From positions 1 to 57,016 of the forward strand of contig JBDKRC010000039.1 in NCBI GenBank assembly GCA_039683575.1: a DNA stretch of 57,016 nucleotides. Direction: 5' to 3'. Below, one piece after another: positions 10,748 through 21,600 of this stretch. Source of the stretch: Armatimonadia bacterium. Its GTDB lineage: Bacteria > Armatimonadota > Zipacnadia > Zipacnadales > UBA11051. The position numbers and the translations under genes were made by a program. The notes under the pieces are model-generated. The model was not told the origin of the DNA. It saw nothing but the letters and a program-made list of their open reading frames with translations, and did no database searches. Position 1 is the first letter of the stretch, and the number at the start of each line of letters is the position of its first letter.

Positions 10748-11701
10748 TCAGTCGAACGAGCTTACGGCTGCATACGCCTGCTCGCAGAGCTTCATTGTCG
10801 CCACCGCGTCCGAGCCGGGCGAGGGGTCAGGGGCGTCTCCGCGAACCGCCGCCAGGAACCCCGCCACGTCGTCTACATAGCCCAGCCAGCGCAGGCAGGC
10901 TGCCGCCCCGGCAAAGTTCCCGAGCCGGTGGACCTCGTCGGGCCCGCCTCTTTGGCTGTAGGTCAGGTCGAAGTCGTGGCTGGTGATCATGTGCCCGTTG
11001 GTGCCAGTGACCTCGAAGTAGAAGAACTCGCGGTCGATGATCTGCCCCGGCGTAAAGCCGATCGTCCCGACGGCACCACTCTCGAAGGTTACCACGCCCG
11101 CATAGCCCCGGTGGCCCGCCACTTGCAGCGGCCGTATGACCATGTCTGTCACTTCGCCCCCAAGCCGCCTTAGTGTGTCGAAACCATGGCAGTGCTGGTC
11201 CAGCACGGCGTCGCGCATCGTGGCACCGTTTACCAGTCCGTACCGCAGGCTCACGAGCGTCGTGGGACCGAATTCCTCGCCCGCGACGATCTCCTGAGTG
11301 CGGCTGACGGCCCGTGACCGGCGGAGGTTGAAGCCAACGTGGAAGACGACGCCCTTCCCGGCGGCGATGTCGGCCATCTCCTGGGTCTGAGCGGCCGAAG
11401 GGGCCGGGGACTTCTGGACATAGAGCGGGAATCCGGCCAGGAGTACCTCCTTGCCCACTGCGTAGTGGACTTTGGGGCCGCCGACGCAGATAACCGCCTC
11501 CGGTTGCGTCTCTTCCAGCATCTGGAAGAAGTCGGTATACACGCGCTCGAACCCGTACTGACGGGCCGCCAGTTGGGCCTTCTCCTCCACGAGGTCGCAC
11601 ACCGCGACAAGCTCAATGTCGTGGAGCTTGAGCTGCGGGTACATGTAGGCGTTGGTAAAGCCACCGGCGCCGATATATGCCAGCCGCACGGGTTTGGGCA
11701 T
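10748..11701 (-). CDS. Gfo/Idh/MocA family oxidoreductase
   Basis: IGAGG Rossmann motif, VAVCD, YVQKSP, VGFNLR, DQHCHGFD. Confidence 0.85.
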   Translation of the reverse strand: MPKPVRLAYIGAGGFTNAYMYPQLKLHDIELVAVCDLVEEKAQLAARQYGFERVYTDFFQMLEETQPEAVICVGGPKVHYAVGKEVLLAGFPLYVQKSPAPSAAQTQEMADIAAGKGVVFHVGFNLRRSRAVSRTQEIVAGEEFGPTTLVSLRYGLVNGATMRDAVLDQHCHGFDTLRRLGGEVTDMVIRPLQVAGHRGYAGVVTFESGAVGTIGFTPGQIIDREFFYFEVTGTNGHMITSHDFDLTYSQRGGPDEVHRLGNFAGAAACLRWLGYVDDVAGFLAAVRGDAPDPSPGSDAVATMKLCEQAYAAVSSFD

Positions 11702-11823
11702 GGGGGGCCTCCGTAGTCGCGGGCGCCGCGTCTGCGCCCGCTGATGGTAGCAACGCTACTTCGGCGCAAGCGTTGCTCAGCCCTCTCGCTACCGGCGACA
11801 TTTCCTGCTACAATAGTACCATC

Positions 11824-12498
11824 ATGGCTGTTGCAGGTAAGGAACGCAATCTGGGGCAGACTCTGCGTATTCTGCGGGAAGGGCGCGGCTCGCGGCCGGA
11901 GGTCCGGCTCGTGCAGAACGAGCACGGCCTGGCGGTCATCAAAGACTACTCGTCCGGCAACTGGGTCCTGCGCGTGCTGGGCCTCGTGCTGATCTCGCGC
12001 GAGCGCCGCGCATATCGCCGCCTGGAGAAGCTGAAGGGCATTCCACGCTGGTTTGAGCAGCCGGACCCCTACATCATGTGCATCCAGTATGTCGAGTCCA
12101 AAACCGGGTCAGGAGCGCCGGTTGACCTGCTCACGCCGGCGTTCTTCGACAGACTGGCCCACCTGATAGGCGAAATGCACCGCCTGGGCGTCGCTCACGG
12201 CGACCTCAAGCGCCTGGATAACATCCTTGTGACCCCAGAGGGCGAGCCGTACCTGATAGATTTCTCCGCGGCCTTCTGGAATGGCTCCAACCCCCTCTCG
12301 GCCTTCGTCATGCCCTATCTGATCGATGATGACAATCGCGCGATCTATAAACTCAAGTACCGGCGGGTCAAGGACCTGCTGACACCTGAAGAAGAAGCCT
12401 TCATGAACGCCCGGGGGCCGCTTGAGCGGGTCTGGCGGATCGTTCGCGAATGGCTGCGAAAGCCTGTACAGCATCTGGCCGAAACCGAACCAGAATAG
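11824..12498 (+). CDS. RIO1/Kdo-like kinase family protein
   Basis: AVIKDY, HRLGVAHGDLKRLDNIL and LIDF kinase motifs. Confidence 0.75.
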   Translation: MAVAGKERNLGQTLRILREGRGSRPEVRLVQNEHGLAVIKDYSSGNWVLRVLGLVLISRERRAYRRLEKLKGIPRWFEQPDPYIMCIQYVESKTGSGAPVDLLTPAFFDRLAHLIGEMHRLGVAHGDLKRLDNILVTPEGEPYLIDFSAAFWNGSNPLSAFVMPYLIDDDNRAIYKLKYRRVKDLLTPEEEAFMNARGPLERVWRIVREWLRKPVQHLAETEPE

Positions 12499-12550
12499 GC
12501 AAAATAACGTCTAAACTATAGACAAATCGTTACGCGCGGGCCTGGGAGAG

Positions 12551-12579
12551 GACTGGCGGCAGCAGCTGCCGGTCTTTTT
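12551..12579 (+). terminator. Probable intrinsic terminator
   Basis: GACTGGCGGC-AGCA-GCTGCCGGTC stem (with G-U pairs) followed by a T run, downstream of the kinase. Confidence 0.55.
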
Positions 12580-12808
12580 GTTGGGCCTGTAGGCAGGCAT
12601 GACATGCAAGGTTTGATCAAGCCGCAAAGCGGGAAGGAATCGGGGGAACAGGCGCGCTCTGGTAGTAGATCTGGAAGGATGGGGTAAGAAAGGTGACACG
12701 GGAACAACTCGCGCTTCGACAGGTGTTATCTGCCTTGACAGAACACCGAGCCTGAAGCGAAATCGAAAGCAGGGGTTCGGTGTGATACAAACTGAGGCCC
12801 ATGTGCAA

Positions 12809-13354
12809 ATGAGGCGCAAGGAATTCGAGAGTTTGGCCCGCAAGTATCAGCGCGACATCTTTTCAGCCGCGCTGCGCCTGACGGGTAACTACAGCGATGC
12901 CGAGGATCTGGCGCAGGAAGCGTTCCTGAAGGCCTATATGGCCTTTGACCAGTTCCAGCTCGGCACCAACTTCCGGGCGTGGTTGCTGAGGATTCTCACC
13001 AACACGCACATTAACCGCTATCGGCGCACCAAGCGCACTCCGGACACGATTGCGTGGGAAGACTTCACTCTCCAGGGCGAGCGCCAGGACGAGATCGAGA
13101 GCCCCGCGCCTCCGCTGCCGGAGCACGAAGTCCTGACCTACGTGCCGGATGAGGTCGTCGGGCCCGCTCTGCATGAGTTGCCCGAGGAATTCCGTGAAGC
13201 CGTTATCCTGTCTGACATACACGAACTGTCGTACAAGGAAATCGCACAGGCACTGAATATTCCGCTCGGAACGGTGCGGTCTCGAATATTCCGTGGAAGG
13301 AAGCTGTTGAGGGAGTCCCTCGCCGACTATGCAAAGGCGCGGAGAATGATATGA
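12809..13354 (+). CDS. ECF RNA polymerase sigma factor
   Basis: DAEDLAQEAFLKAY and FRAWLLRI (region 2); LSYKEIAQALNIPLGTVRSRIFRGR (region 4.2). Alternative start at 12782. Confidence 0.92.
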   Translation: MRRKEFESLARKYQRDIFSAALRLTGNYSDAEDLAQEAFLKAYMAFDQFQLGTNFRAWLLRILTNTHINRYRRTKRTPDTIAWEDFTLQGERQDEIESPAPPLPEHEVLTYVPDEVVGPALHELPEEFREAVILSDIHELSYKEIAQALNIPLGTVRSRIFRGRKLLRESLADYAKARRMI

Positions 13355-14106
13355 GAGACGAATCTAGCTGCTCTGACGAGCTACTGTGCGGTCTGGTGGA
13401 TGATGAACTGGATGCGAGCGAAAAGCGTATGGCGGCGTTGCACGCCTCCGTATGCCCGCGCTGCGCGCAGAGCCTCGGGCAGCTTTTCGCCACCCGGGCG
13501 GTGCTGAGTCTGCCTGCCCCCGGGAAAGTTGCTGTGCCGCGCGCCTTCTGGCGTAACGTGCGGGAGCGACTTGATAATGTGGATGGCATCATCCGCGCCA
13601 CGGAAGTGATGCCGCGCCGCCGTCCGCTCGTGGCACGCTGGGTGCCAATCGCCGGTCTCGCGGTCGTTGCGCTGGCCTTTGGGGCGCGCGCCTTTCTCGT
13701 TCAGCCGCCTGAAATCCCCACTCAGCTTTCTCGCTATCACCTTCAGGCCAGCTATATGCCCGGAGATCCGGGCCTGCATCAGGCGGTGGGCTACGGCGTC
13801 CACAACACCTGGCGCCCGGTTTCGCGTAGCCTTATCAACATGAACGGCGCTATGGTCCTGCAGACCATCTACTCAGTCGGTGGGCTCCCCGTCTCGGTCT
13901 TCCGCGTGCCGGAGGGCAGCTTCGACACCCGGCACCTTGCCCCTGAGCGGCTTGGCAATCAGACGGTCTATCTCGCGGTCTCTAACCACAGCACCATGGT
14001 CGCCATTCCCAATGAAGGCGCCTGGGATATCGTAGTCACCCGAAGTCCCCTAGACGAGACCATGGCCATGGCACGAAGCTATCCCCGCGTTTGGCCGGTC
14101 GAATAG
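13351..14106 (+). CDS. Zinc-binding (zf-HC2) transmembrane anti-sigma factor
   Basis: H-x3-CPRC motif, one TM segment, overlaps the sigma stop codon. Confidence 0.85.
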   Translation: MRDESSCSDELLCGLVDDELDASEKRMAALHASVCPRCAQSLGQLFATRAVLSLPAPGKVAVPRAFWRNVRERLDNVDGIIRATEVMPRRRPLVARWVPIAGLAVVALAFGARAFLVQPPEIPTQLSRYHLQASYMPGDPGLHQAVGYGVHNTWRPVSRSLINMNGAMVLQTIYSVGGLPVSVFRVPEGSFDTRHLAPERLGNQTVYLAVSNHSTMVAIPNEGAWDIVVTRSPLDETMAMARSYPRVWPVE

Positions 14107-14232
14107 CCAGCAGCCAGTTGTGCTGTCTTATTGGTATCAGCAGGGCAGGCATGCGCCTGCCCTGCTGTGATATTAGGCAGATCCGCCTCCAGCAAGGTCC
14201 CTCGGCCCTCCTCGTCGAACCGTCTCCCCATC

Positions 14233-15249
14233 ATGATTGATTTTGCCCCCCTTGCCACTGTTTCTCGTGACGGACTGGTCGAGAGCACCCATCTTGGCGA
14301 CGTAGCGCTTTGCGATGTCTCCGGCGCCCTGCGCGCCTCAATAGGCGACCCCTCCCGGCACTGCTACTACCGCTCCTCCGGCAAGCCCCTGCAGGCTCTG
14401 GGGGTGGTGCAGTCGGGTGCTGCAGACAAGTATGCCTTCACGCAGACCGAGCTCTCGATCTGCTGCGCCTCACATAGCGGCTCCGCGATGCATGTCGCTA
14501 CTGTGCAGGGAATCCTCGAGAAGCTCGATCTGGACGGGTCCGCCCTTGCCTGCGGTTGCCACCAGCCTGGCGACGAGGCCGAGCGCAACCGGCTGATCCG
14601 CGAGGGGCTCAGCCCGACGCCCCTGCACAACAACTGCTCTGGTAAGCATACCGGCATGCTGGCCACCGCCCGCGCCCTCGGAGTTCCGGTTGAGGGCTAC
14701 CTCGATCCAGACCACCCGGTGCAGAAGCTCATCAACCACAACCTCGAACTCGCCACTGGTGTCCCCCAGGAGCGGTTCATCGTCGGCGCCGATGGCTGCG
14801 GCGCCCCCACCGTTGGGCTGCCGCTGCAGGCTATCGCGCTGTCTTTCGCCCGTCTGGGCAATCCGGAAGACATGCCGCAGGATTTCAGGGATGCTGCGCG
14901 CCGTATCTGCGCCGCCATGGCCGCCGCGCCCGACATGGTGTCGGCTCCAGGGGCATTCAACAGCGAACTGCTGGGGGCCGCGAATGGCCATCTCGTGGCC
15001 AAGGCGGGGGCTGAGGGGTTATTTGCACTCGGCATCATTGATCCGCGCCACCTCGGCCTCGCCGCCAAGATCGCGGACGGTTCGTCTCGCGCGCAGAGCG
15101 CCATCGTCATGCATCTGCTGACCCAACTGGGCGCCCTTTCCGAAAGTGCCCACGAGACTCTGGCCCGCTTTGCGAATCCTGATGTCTGCAACTGCCACGG
15201 GCGCATTGTCGGGCAGATCGAGCCGATATTTGAGCTGGAGGCGCAATAG
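14233..15249 (+). CDS. L-asparaginase II family protein (Rhizobium AnsA type)
   Basis: RSSGKPLQA, CASHSG, NNCSGKH, DGCGAP, AKAGAEG and KIADG motifs. Confidence 0.88.
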   Translation: MIDFAPLATVSRDGLVESTHLGDVALCDVSGALRASIGDPSRHCYYRSSGKPLQALGVVQSGAADKYAFTQTELSICCASHSGSAMHVATVQGILEKLDLDGSALACGCHQPGDEAERNRLIREGLSPTPLHNNCSGKHTGMLATARALGVPVEGYLDPDHPVQKLINHNLELATGVPQERFIVGADGCGAPTVGLPLQAIALSFARLGNPEDMPQDFRDAARRICAAMAAAPDMVSAPGAFNSELLGAANGHLVAKAGAEGLFALGIIDPRHLGLAAKIADGSSRAQSAIVMHLLTQLGALSESAHETLARFANPDVCNCHGRIVGQIEPIFELEAQ

Positions 15250-16176
15250 ATGCCTGCAACGATAGCCGTCATGGGGGCGGGGCCCGCCGCTCGCCATCAC
15301 CTGCTCGGCCTCGTCCGCAGTCCCCACTGCGACCGGGTGGTGCTGGCGGCACCTGACAGCCCGGCCCGCGCTGAGCTCTACCGGCGCTTTGGGATCATCA
15401 AGGCACTCCATGACGAGTACAGCGCCGCTCTCGCCGACCCTGATGTGAACATCGTGGATGTCTGCGCACCCATTACCGAGCGCGAGGCGATCATTCGAGA
15501 GGCCCTCAAAGCGGGCAAGCACGTCGTGACGGCCGCGCCCTTTGCCACTACCGCCGAGGCTTCCGAAGCCCTGGCGCAGCAGGCGGCCAGCAGCAAGCTC
15601 CGCCTCCTCCCGGTCCTGTACCAGCGCTTCATCCCGGCAAACGCCCGCGTGAAGCAGCTCCTGTCAGAGTCCGCCATTGGCGCGCCCATCTTCGGCGGTA
15701 TTACCCGCATTGCACCCCAGAGCGATGAGCCCGAGACGCCGGCCATCCTGCAGGATGGCTTCCACGCCGTCGAACTCCTGCAGCACTTCTTCGGCCCCGC
15801 ACAAGCAGGCTCGGCCACTACGAACCCGACGGGCTCGCTGGCATTGCTGACGCTGCAACTGCCGGAGGGGGTGCTGGCGCAGGTGAACGTCGTCGCGGCG
15901 GCGACGGGCGACCATCCTGCGACGGAGCGGCGGTTGGTGGGGACTGAGGGGTCACTACTGGTGAGGGACAATCCGGAGGATGAACTGCCGCTGATTGCCT
16001 TCCAGGGCGAGGAAGCGTTTCCCATTCGAGTGAAGAATCACCCGGACGTTGTCGAGTACGCGGTTATGGAGAACCTCGGCCACCTGCTGCAGTGCCTGGC
16101 GACCTCCACGCCTGAGGATACAACGGCTGCACAGGCAACCGCGGCGCTCGTGACAATTCGGAAGGCGACCCGCTAG
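15250..16176 (+). CDS. Gfo/Idh/MocA family oxidoreductase (divergent)
   Basis: MGAG, ALADPDVNIVDVC, ALKAGKHV. Confidence 0.75.
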   Translation: MPATIAVMGAGPAARHHLLGLVRSPHCDRVVLAAPDSPARAELYRRFGIIKALHDEYSAALADPDVNIVDVCAPITEREAIIREALKAGKHVVTAAPFATTAEASEALAQQAASSKLRLLPVLYQRFIPANARVKQLLSESAIGAPIFGGITRIAPQSDEPETPAILQDGFHAVELLQHFFGPAQAGSATTNPTGSLALLTLQLPEGVLAQVNVVAAATGDHPATERRLVGTEGSLLVRDNPEDELPLIAFQGEEAFPIRVKNHPDVVEYAVMENLGHLLQCLATSTPEDTTAAQATAALVTIRKATR

Positions 16177-17174
16177 GGTCGCCAGTCCTCCGGCAAATCC
16201 AGCACCCACACGTCATTCACGAGCGGCCACGCGTTCCCCGCCGCGATCCATAGCTTGTCGTCGAACACGTAGGCCGAGTGCTCGTGGCGCTCTGACCAGA
16301 TCGTCGGCGTCCTGAGCTCGTGCCACGTCTCCCCGTCGGCCGTGTACCACACATCATTCCAGTTCTTCGACGGATTGTTGGACCACCCGCCAAGCACCCA
16401 CATGCAGCCCCGCCACACCACGGCCGAGAACCAGATACGCTCCGCCCACGGCGCGTGCTCGGTTACCCGCGTCCAGTTGGCGCCATCGGCCGAGGACCAG
16501 ACATCGTTGTAGCCGTGATACGTGGGGAGGTAGTTGCCGCCGCCGAAGACCCACAGCTTGCCCTTGAACGATAGCGCGTTGTGGAAGGTGCGAGGGGCCC
16601 AGGGCGCCGCGGCGGTCACCTGGGTCCACTCCTTGCCGTCTTTGGTTGCCCAGACGTCGTTGCGCAGGTGGCTGTCGTTGCCGAAGAAGTACTGCTCGCT
16701 GCCGCCCAGTACCCACAGTCGGCCATCATGCTCAACTCCCGCCGCCCCGAGCCTTGGGCTCCAGCCGGGCGTTGCAGTCGCAAGGTCCCACTGCACTCCG
16801 TCGGCCGAAGACCAGACCTCGCTCGTGGCGCCGCCCTCCGGCAGACGCCCTGCGTACCACCCGCCCATGAACCACATGCGACCGTTGAAGGTAACAGTAG
16901 TGGGGATATCGCCGCTCTTCCACGCGGCCTTTTCGGTGACCAAGTCCCACTGCACGCCGTCGGTGGAACTCCACACATCGCGCGGCCCGATGATGTTGGA
17001 GTCAAACCACCCGCCGAGCAGCCACATGCGGCCGTTGTGGACGACTTCGCCGCAGGAGTCACGTGGCGCCCACGCGGCATGCTCCACTACGCGTACCCAA
17101 TCGGGCTGCTGTACCTGTGCCATAGGCACCTCTGCGAGGGCAATACTGATGAGCAAAACGCTCGTACGGAGCAT
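16173..17174 (-). CDS. Secreted Kelch-like beta-propeller protein
   Basis: Repeated APWxPR...GRMWLLGG...NDVWSSADG..W units; signal peptide. Confidence 0.85.
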   Translation of the reverse strand: MLRTSVLLISIALAEVPMAQVQQPDWVRVVEHAAWAPRDSCGEVVHNGRMWLLGGWFDSNIIGPRDVWSSTDGVQWDLVTEKAAWKSGDIPTTVTFNGRMWFMGGWYAGRLPEGGATSEVWSSADGVQWDLATATPGWSPRLGAAGVEHDGRLWVLGGSEQYFFGNDSHLRNDVWATKDGKEWTQVTAAAPWAPRTFHNALSFKGKLWVFGGGNYLPTYHGYNDVWSSADGANWTRVTEHAPWAERIWFSAVVWRGCMWVLGGWSNNPSKNWNDVWYTADGETWHELRTPTIWSERHEHSAYVFDDKLWIAAGNAWPLVNDVWVLDLPEDWRP

Positions 17175-17269
17175 GAGGATGGCTCCTGAGGGCGAAAGGG
17201 CTCCAGTATGGTGCGGAACCCGTCCGGAGCCGGGCGCGTGCGTCAAAGGTATGGTGCCGGGACCGGACC

Positions 17270-18022
17270 TCAGGCGATCTTGATCACCACGGCGTGACCG
17301 TTCAGGTTGTACAGTACCACCCGGTCCGGAAGGCAACGTTGCTCATCTACAAGCTTAGTAATACCGGCCGTGTTGATGTTCCCATAGTCGTCATAGACGG
17401 TAATCCCTCCGACCGCCATACGCGAATGGATCCATTCGGCGACATCTTTGGCCGACTCGTACACGTCAACGTCGATGTGACACATGCTGAAGCACAGGTC
17501 CTCGACCGAGGCACCAGTTTCGTCCGGAAATATGCCCTCAAGTATCTGCACGTTGTCCACGTTGAGGCTCTTCAGGAGTGCTTCGACACGGGCACTTGAG
17601 GTGTCGCTGTGCTCACCGCCGGTGTAGACGGGGTCATTGGGTCCGGTCTTCACGACCCCATAGAAGGTGTCGCAGAGGTATACGGGGTCGGCTATGCCGC
17701 ATTGCTGTGCCCTCAGGGCGATCAGGGCGCCGCTGCCCCCTCTGTACGTGCCGACCTCGATGATACTGCCCTTCAGCTTCGCCGCCTGCTCCGTCAGCGT
17801 CCACAGTTCCCAGCAGCGGTACAGGTCGATGAGGGTTGAGGCCTTGATGGCCCCATACGCTCTGATGAACTCTTCGTCCAGGTTCCAGGGGGAGTACGTC
17901 GAGCCGGGGAGGATCGGCCCGTGTGCCTGCCTGCCAGCAAGGAGCTTGAACAGTCCGGAGCCAGCCCTGCACATGGCTTTGAGCACTGTTCGCTTGACGG
18001 ACCGGAGTCTTACCTTCTGCAT
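17270..18022 (-). CDS. TylF/MycF family SAM-dependent methyltransferase
   Basis: IIEVGTYRGGS, LCDTF, CHIDVDVYES, GGITVYDDYG. Confidence 0.85.
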   Translation of the reverse strand: MQKVRLRSVKRTVLKAMCRAGSGLFKLLAGRQAHGPILPGSTYSPWNLDEEFIRAYGAIKASTLIDLYRCWELWTLTEQAAKLKGSIIEVGTYRGGSGALIALRAQQCGIADPVYLCDTFYGVVKTGPNDPVYTGGEHSDTSSARVEALLKSLNVDNVQILEGIFPDETGASVEDLCFSMCHIDVDVYESAKDVAEWIHSRMAVGGITVYDDYGNINTAGITKLVDEQRCLPDRVVLYNLNGHAVVIKIA

Positions 18023-18092
18023 CAAGTTCTCCGTGTGGGCAGTCTGGGGTCAATGGGCCGGAAATGGGCTGGGGGGCACTGCGATGCCGCGC

Positions 18093-18115
18093 CCGGCCCA
18101 AACTGCATGGGCCGG
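18093..18115 (-). terminator. Hairpin downstream of the displaced tRNA 3' end (likely the original tRNA-Leu terminator)
   Basis: CCGGCCCA-AACTGCA-TGGGCCGG stem about 20 bp beyond the CCA of the displaced copy; no clear U tail. Confidence 0.4.
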
Positions 18116-18134
18116 CGCCGCGTGATTTGATAAG

Positions 18135-18192
18135 TGGTGCCCGAGGAGGGATTCGAACCCACACGCTGCTTGCGCAACAAGGGATTTTAAGT
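18135..18192 (-). repeat. att site: 58-bp duplicate of the tRNA-Leu 3' half
   Basis: Identical to 50983-51040; identity covers CCA through the anticodon loop and ends just past it. Confidence 0.95.
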
Positions 18193-18692
18193 AAGCCTTG
18201 CTTCGCCTCGCCTCACGGCCCCAACGTCGTCTTCTGCAGTTCGTGAAGAGCCATTCCGGTCGCAGCCGCCCTCCGGTGCCCTCAGCGGGCAACTCGGATT
18301 GTGCCCACAACCCCGTCTGCGGCCCTCTCGGGGCATTCACTACCACGAATGCGACGCCGAGTCAAGGTGAAGTGCGGAAGACTACCCTCGCGCTTCACGA
18401 CGACTGACCGACTGGGTCCCCCGCACTTCGCCTCTCCTGCCGGACAATGATTGACGGTTTGGGGCGCCCGACTTTATGTGGCGGTCTCCCACAGCCAGCC
18501 TGACTGCCAAAGCGCATTCACACGAATAAACCCCCGTACCCCCATGTGGCCTTAGGAGGTCCATAGACAGCGCGAGGGGAAGCATCCCAGGCTGTCGGAC
18601 TATGCCTGCATCGCGACGCACCGAGACCGGGGGAAGTGGTGTCGTTTCCTCTGAGGCCGTGCCCCCGTCTCCCCTGCTGGCCGGGAGACCCT

Positions 18693-21600
18693 ATGCCCAA
18701 CATCTACGACAACCTCGAAGCTCAACTCCTCCCTGCTCTGAGGGAGGCGATGGCTGACGCCCAATCGGCTGACTTCTGCGTGGGCTACTTCAACCTGCGC
18801 GGGTGGCAGCATTTGGCGGACCTGGCGGAGCGCTTCAGCGGGGCTGACGATGGCTGCTGTCGCATCCTTGTGGGCATGCAGAAACCGCCCGAAGACCAAA
18901 TGCGGGAGGCGTACCGCGCCATCCGTAAAGAACAGCCCCTGGACGCCCCGACCATCGCTCATCTGCGGAAGCAGGCCAGTGAGAGCTTCCGCATGCAGTT
19001 GGCCTTTGGGATACCGACCAACCAGGCTGAAGCCGCGCTGAAGCGATTGGCCGAGCACCTACGGGCCGGAAAGGTGCGGGTGAAGCTGTTCCTGGAGCAC
19101 GCATTGCATGCCAAGCTCTACCTCGTGCATCGCCCCGACACCATTGCTCATCTGCTTGGCTTCGTTGGGAGCAGCAACCTGACGCAGTCCGGGCTTCTGG
19201 AGAATGGCGAGCTTAACGTGGACGTACTGGAGCAGGATGCGGCGCACAAGCTGCACGCCTGGTTCCACAAGCACTGGGATAACAGGTACAGCTTCGACAT
19301 CAGCGAGGAACTGGCGCAGCTTATTGAGGAGAGCTGGGCAGCGGCAGAGATGGTCAGGCCGTACCTGGTATACCTGAAGATGGTCTACCATCTGTCGCAG
19401 GACGCTCGTGTCGGGGAGAAGGAGTTCAAGCTGCCCCGCGACCTCCAGGGAACGCTGCTCACGTTCCAGACTGCAGCCGTGTCGCTGGCGGCACGGCACC
19501 TGCACGCACGCGGCGGGGTGCTTCTGGGTGATGTGGTCGGCCTGGGCAAGACCTTCATGGCTGTGGCGGTCGCCCGCATCCTCCAGGAGGACGAGGGTGG
19601 CGACACGCTCATCATCTGTCCCCCGAACCTGCAGCAGATGTGGCAGGAGTACGTGCACGACTACAAGCTGATAGCTCGGGTGCTTCCCATCAGCAAGGTT
19701 CAAGATGAGTTGCCCGAGATGCGACGTTACCGCCTGCTGGTCATTGATGAGAGCCACAACTTGCGCAACCGTGATGGCGCTCGCTACGCCGCCATCCGCG
19801 ACTACATCGAGCGCAATGAGCCGCGCTGCCTGCTCGTGACCGCTACGCCCTACAACAAGGCCTACCTGGACCTGAGCAACCAACTCCGCCTGTTCATCGA
19901 GGAGCGCCGCGACTTGGGGGTCAGGCCCGAGAAGTACTTCCAGGAGTACGACGAAGCGGATTTCGCGGCGGAGTACCAGGCGTCGCCCCGCTCACTGCGA
20001 GCCTTTGAGGAAAGCGAGCATGCGGACGACTGGCGCGACCTCATGCGCCTGTACATGGTTCGCCGGACCCGCCGGTTCATCATCGACAACTACGCGGAGT
20101 TCGATGCGGAGCGGGACCGCTACTTTGTCCTGTTCCCGGATGGCTCCAAGTCATACTTCCCCAAGCGCAATCCGCACAACCTGAAGTTCAAGCTCAACGA
20201 TGATGACCCGTCCGACCAGTACGCTCGCCTGTACCGGCAGGACGTTGTGGACATCATCAACTGGTTGGACCTGCCCAGGTACGGACTGGCGCAGTATCTC
20301 GACCTCAACGAGTGTCAACGGGCGACGGCGGCTGAGGCCAAAATCATCCAGGACTTGGGCCGCGCTGGACGGCGGCTGATGGGCTTCTGCCGCACCAACC
20401 TGTTCAAGCGGCTGGAGAGCAGCGGCGATTCGTTCCTGCTATCACTTAGGCGCCACGTGCTGCGCAACATGATTGTGCTGCACGCGCTTCAGAACGGTCT
20501 TCCCGTTCCCATTGGCACTCAGGACGTGGCACTCCTGGATACGGCCACGACGGACGCCGACCAGGTGGCGGAGCAGGAAGTCCTGGACCTGATGGACGAT
20601 GACGAGGCGGCGCTCGAAGCTCCCAGCGGTCCGTGTGATGGCCTGGAGTGGTATGGGCGCCGCGCAGCCGAACTCTACGACATCTACCGTACCGAACTGA
20701 AGCGGCGCTTCCGCTGGCTTCCCACCAAGTACTTCGGCAAGGCCCTTGCCGACCATCTGCACGGTGACGCCAAGGCCATCTGTGGCATCCTCAAGGATGC
20801 CGGCGAGTGGGACCCGCAACGTGACGCCAAGCTGGAGGCACTGGAGGAGTTGCTGTCCCGCCGGCACGGTATGGACAAGGTGCTCATCTTCACGCAGTTC
20901 GCCGACACTGCCGTCTACCTGGCGCGCCAACTCAGGGAGCGCGGGTTCGATGACTTGGCCGCCGTCACGGGTGCGAGCGACAACCCGACGCTGCTGGCCC
21001 GGCGCTTTAGCCCGCGCAGCAACAACTACACCATCAAGCCCCACGAGGCTGAACTGCGCGCTCTGATTGCCACAGATGTCCTGAGCGAGGGTCAGAACCT
21101 GCAAGATTGCCATGTCGTGGTCAACTACGACCTGCCCTGGGCCATCATCCGCCTGGTCCAGCGGGCGGGCCGTGTGGACCGCATTGGCCAGGAGCACGAT
21201 ACCATCCAGGTGTACTCGTTCCTGCCGGCAGACGGGGTGGAGCGCATCATACGCCTGCACACACGGCTGCGCCAGCGGCTGATGGAGAACAACGAGGTGG
21301 TTGGCTCGGACGAGCAGTTCTTTGACGAGCAGTATGAGAACAAGCTGAAGGACCTGTACACAGAGCGGTCGGGCGTGCTGGATGACCTCGATGACGATAA
21401 CGAGGTCGACCTGGCTTCGATGGCGCTGCAGGTCTGGAACAGCGCGTCCGAGAGCGACCAGAAGGCTGCGCTCGTGCTGCCGCATATGGTGAACGCAACG
21501 CGGGCGCATGAGCCGACCGACGAAAGCCCGGCGGGTGTGCTGGTCTACCTGCGTACGCCCGAGCAGAACGACGCGCTCGTGCGCGTCAACACTGCGGGCG

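Noticed and set aside
18135-18192. Second tRNA-Leu gene
   Set aside because: Only the 3' 58 nt are present; the D arm and 5' acceptor strand are missing, so it is an att remnant.
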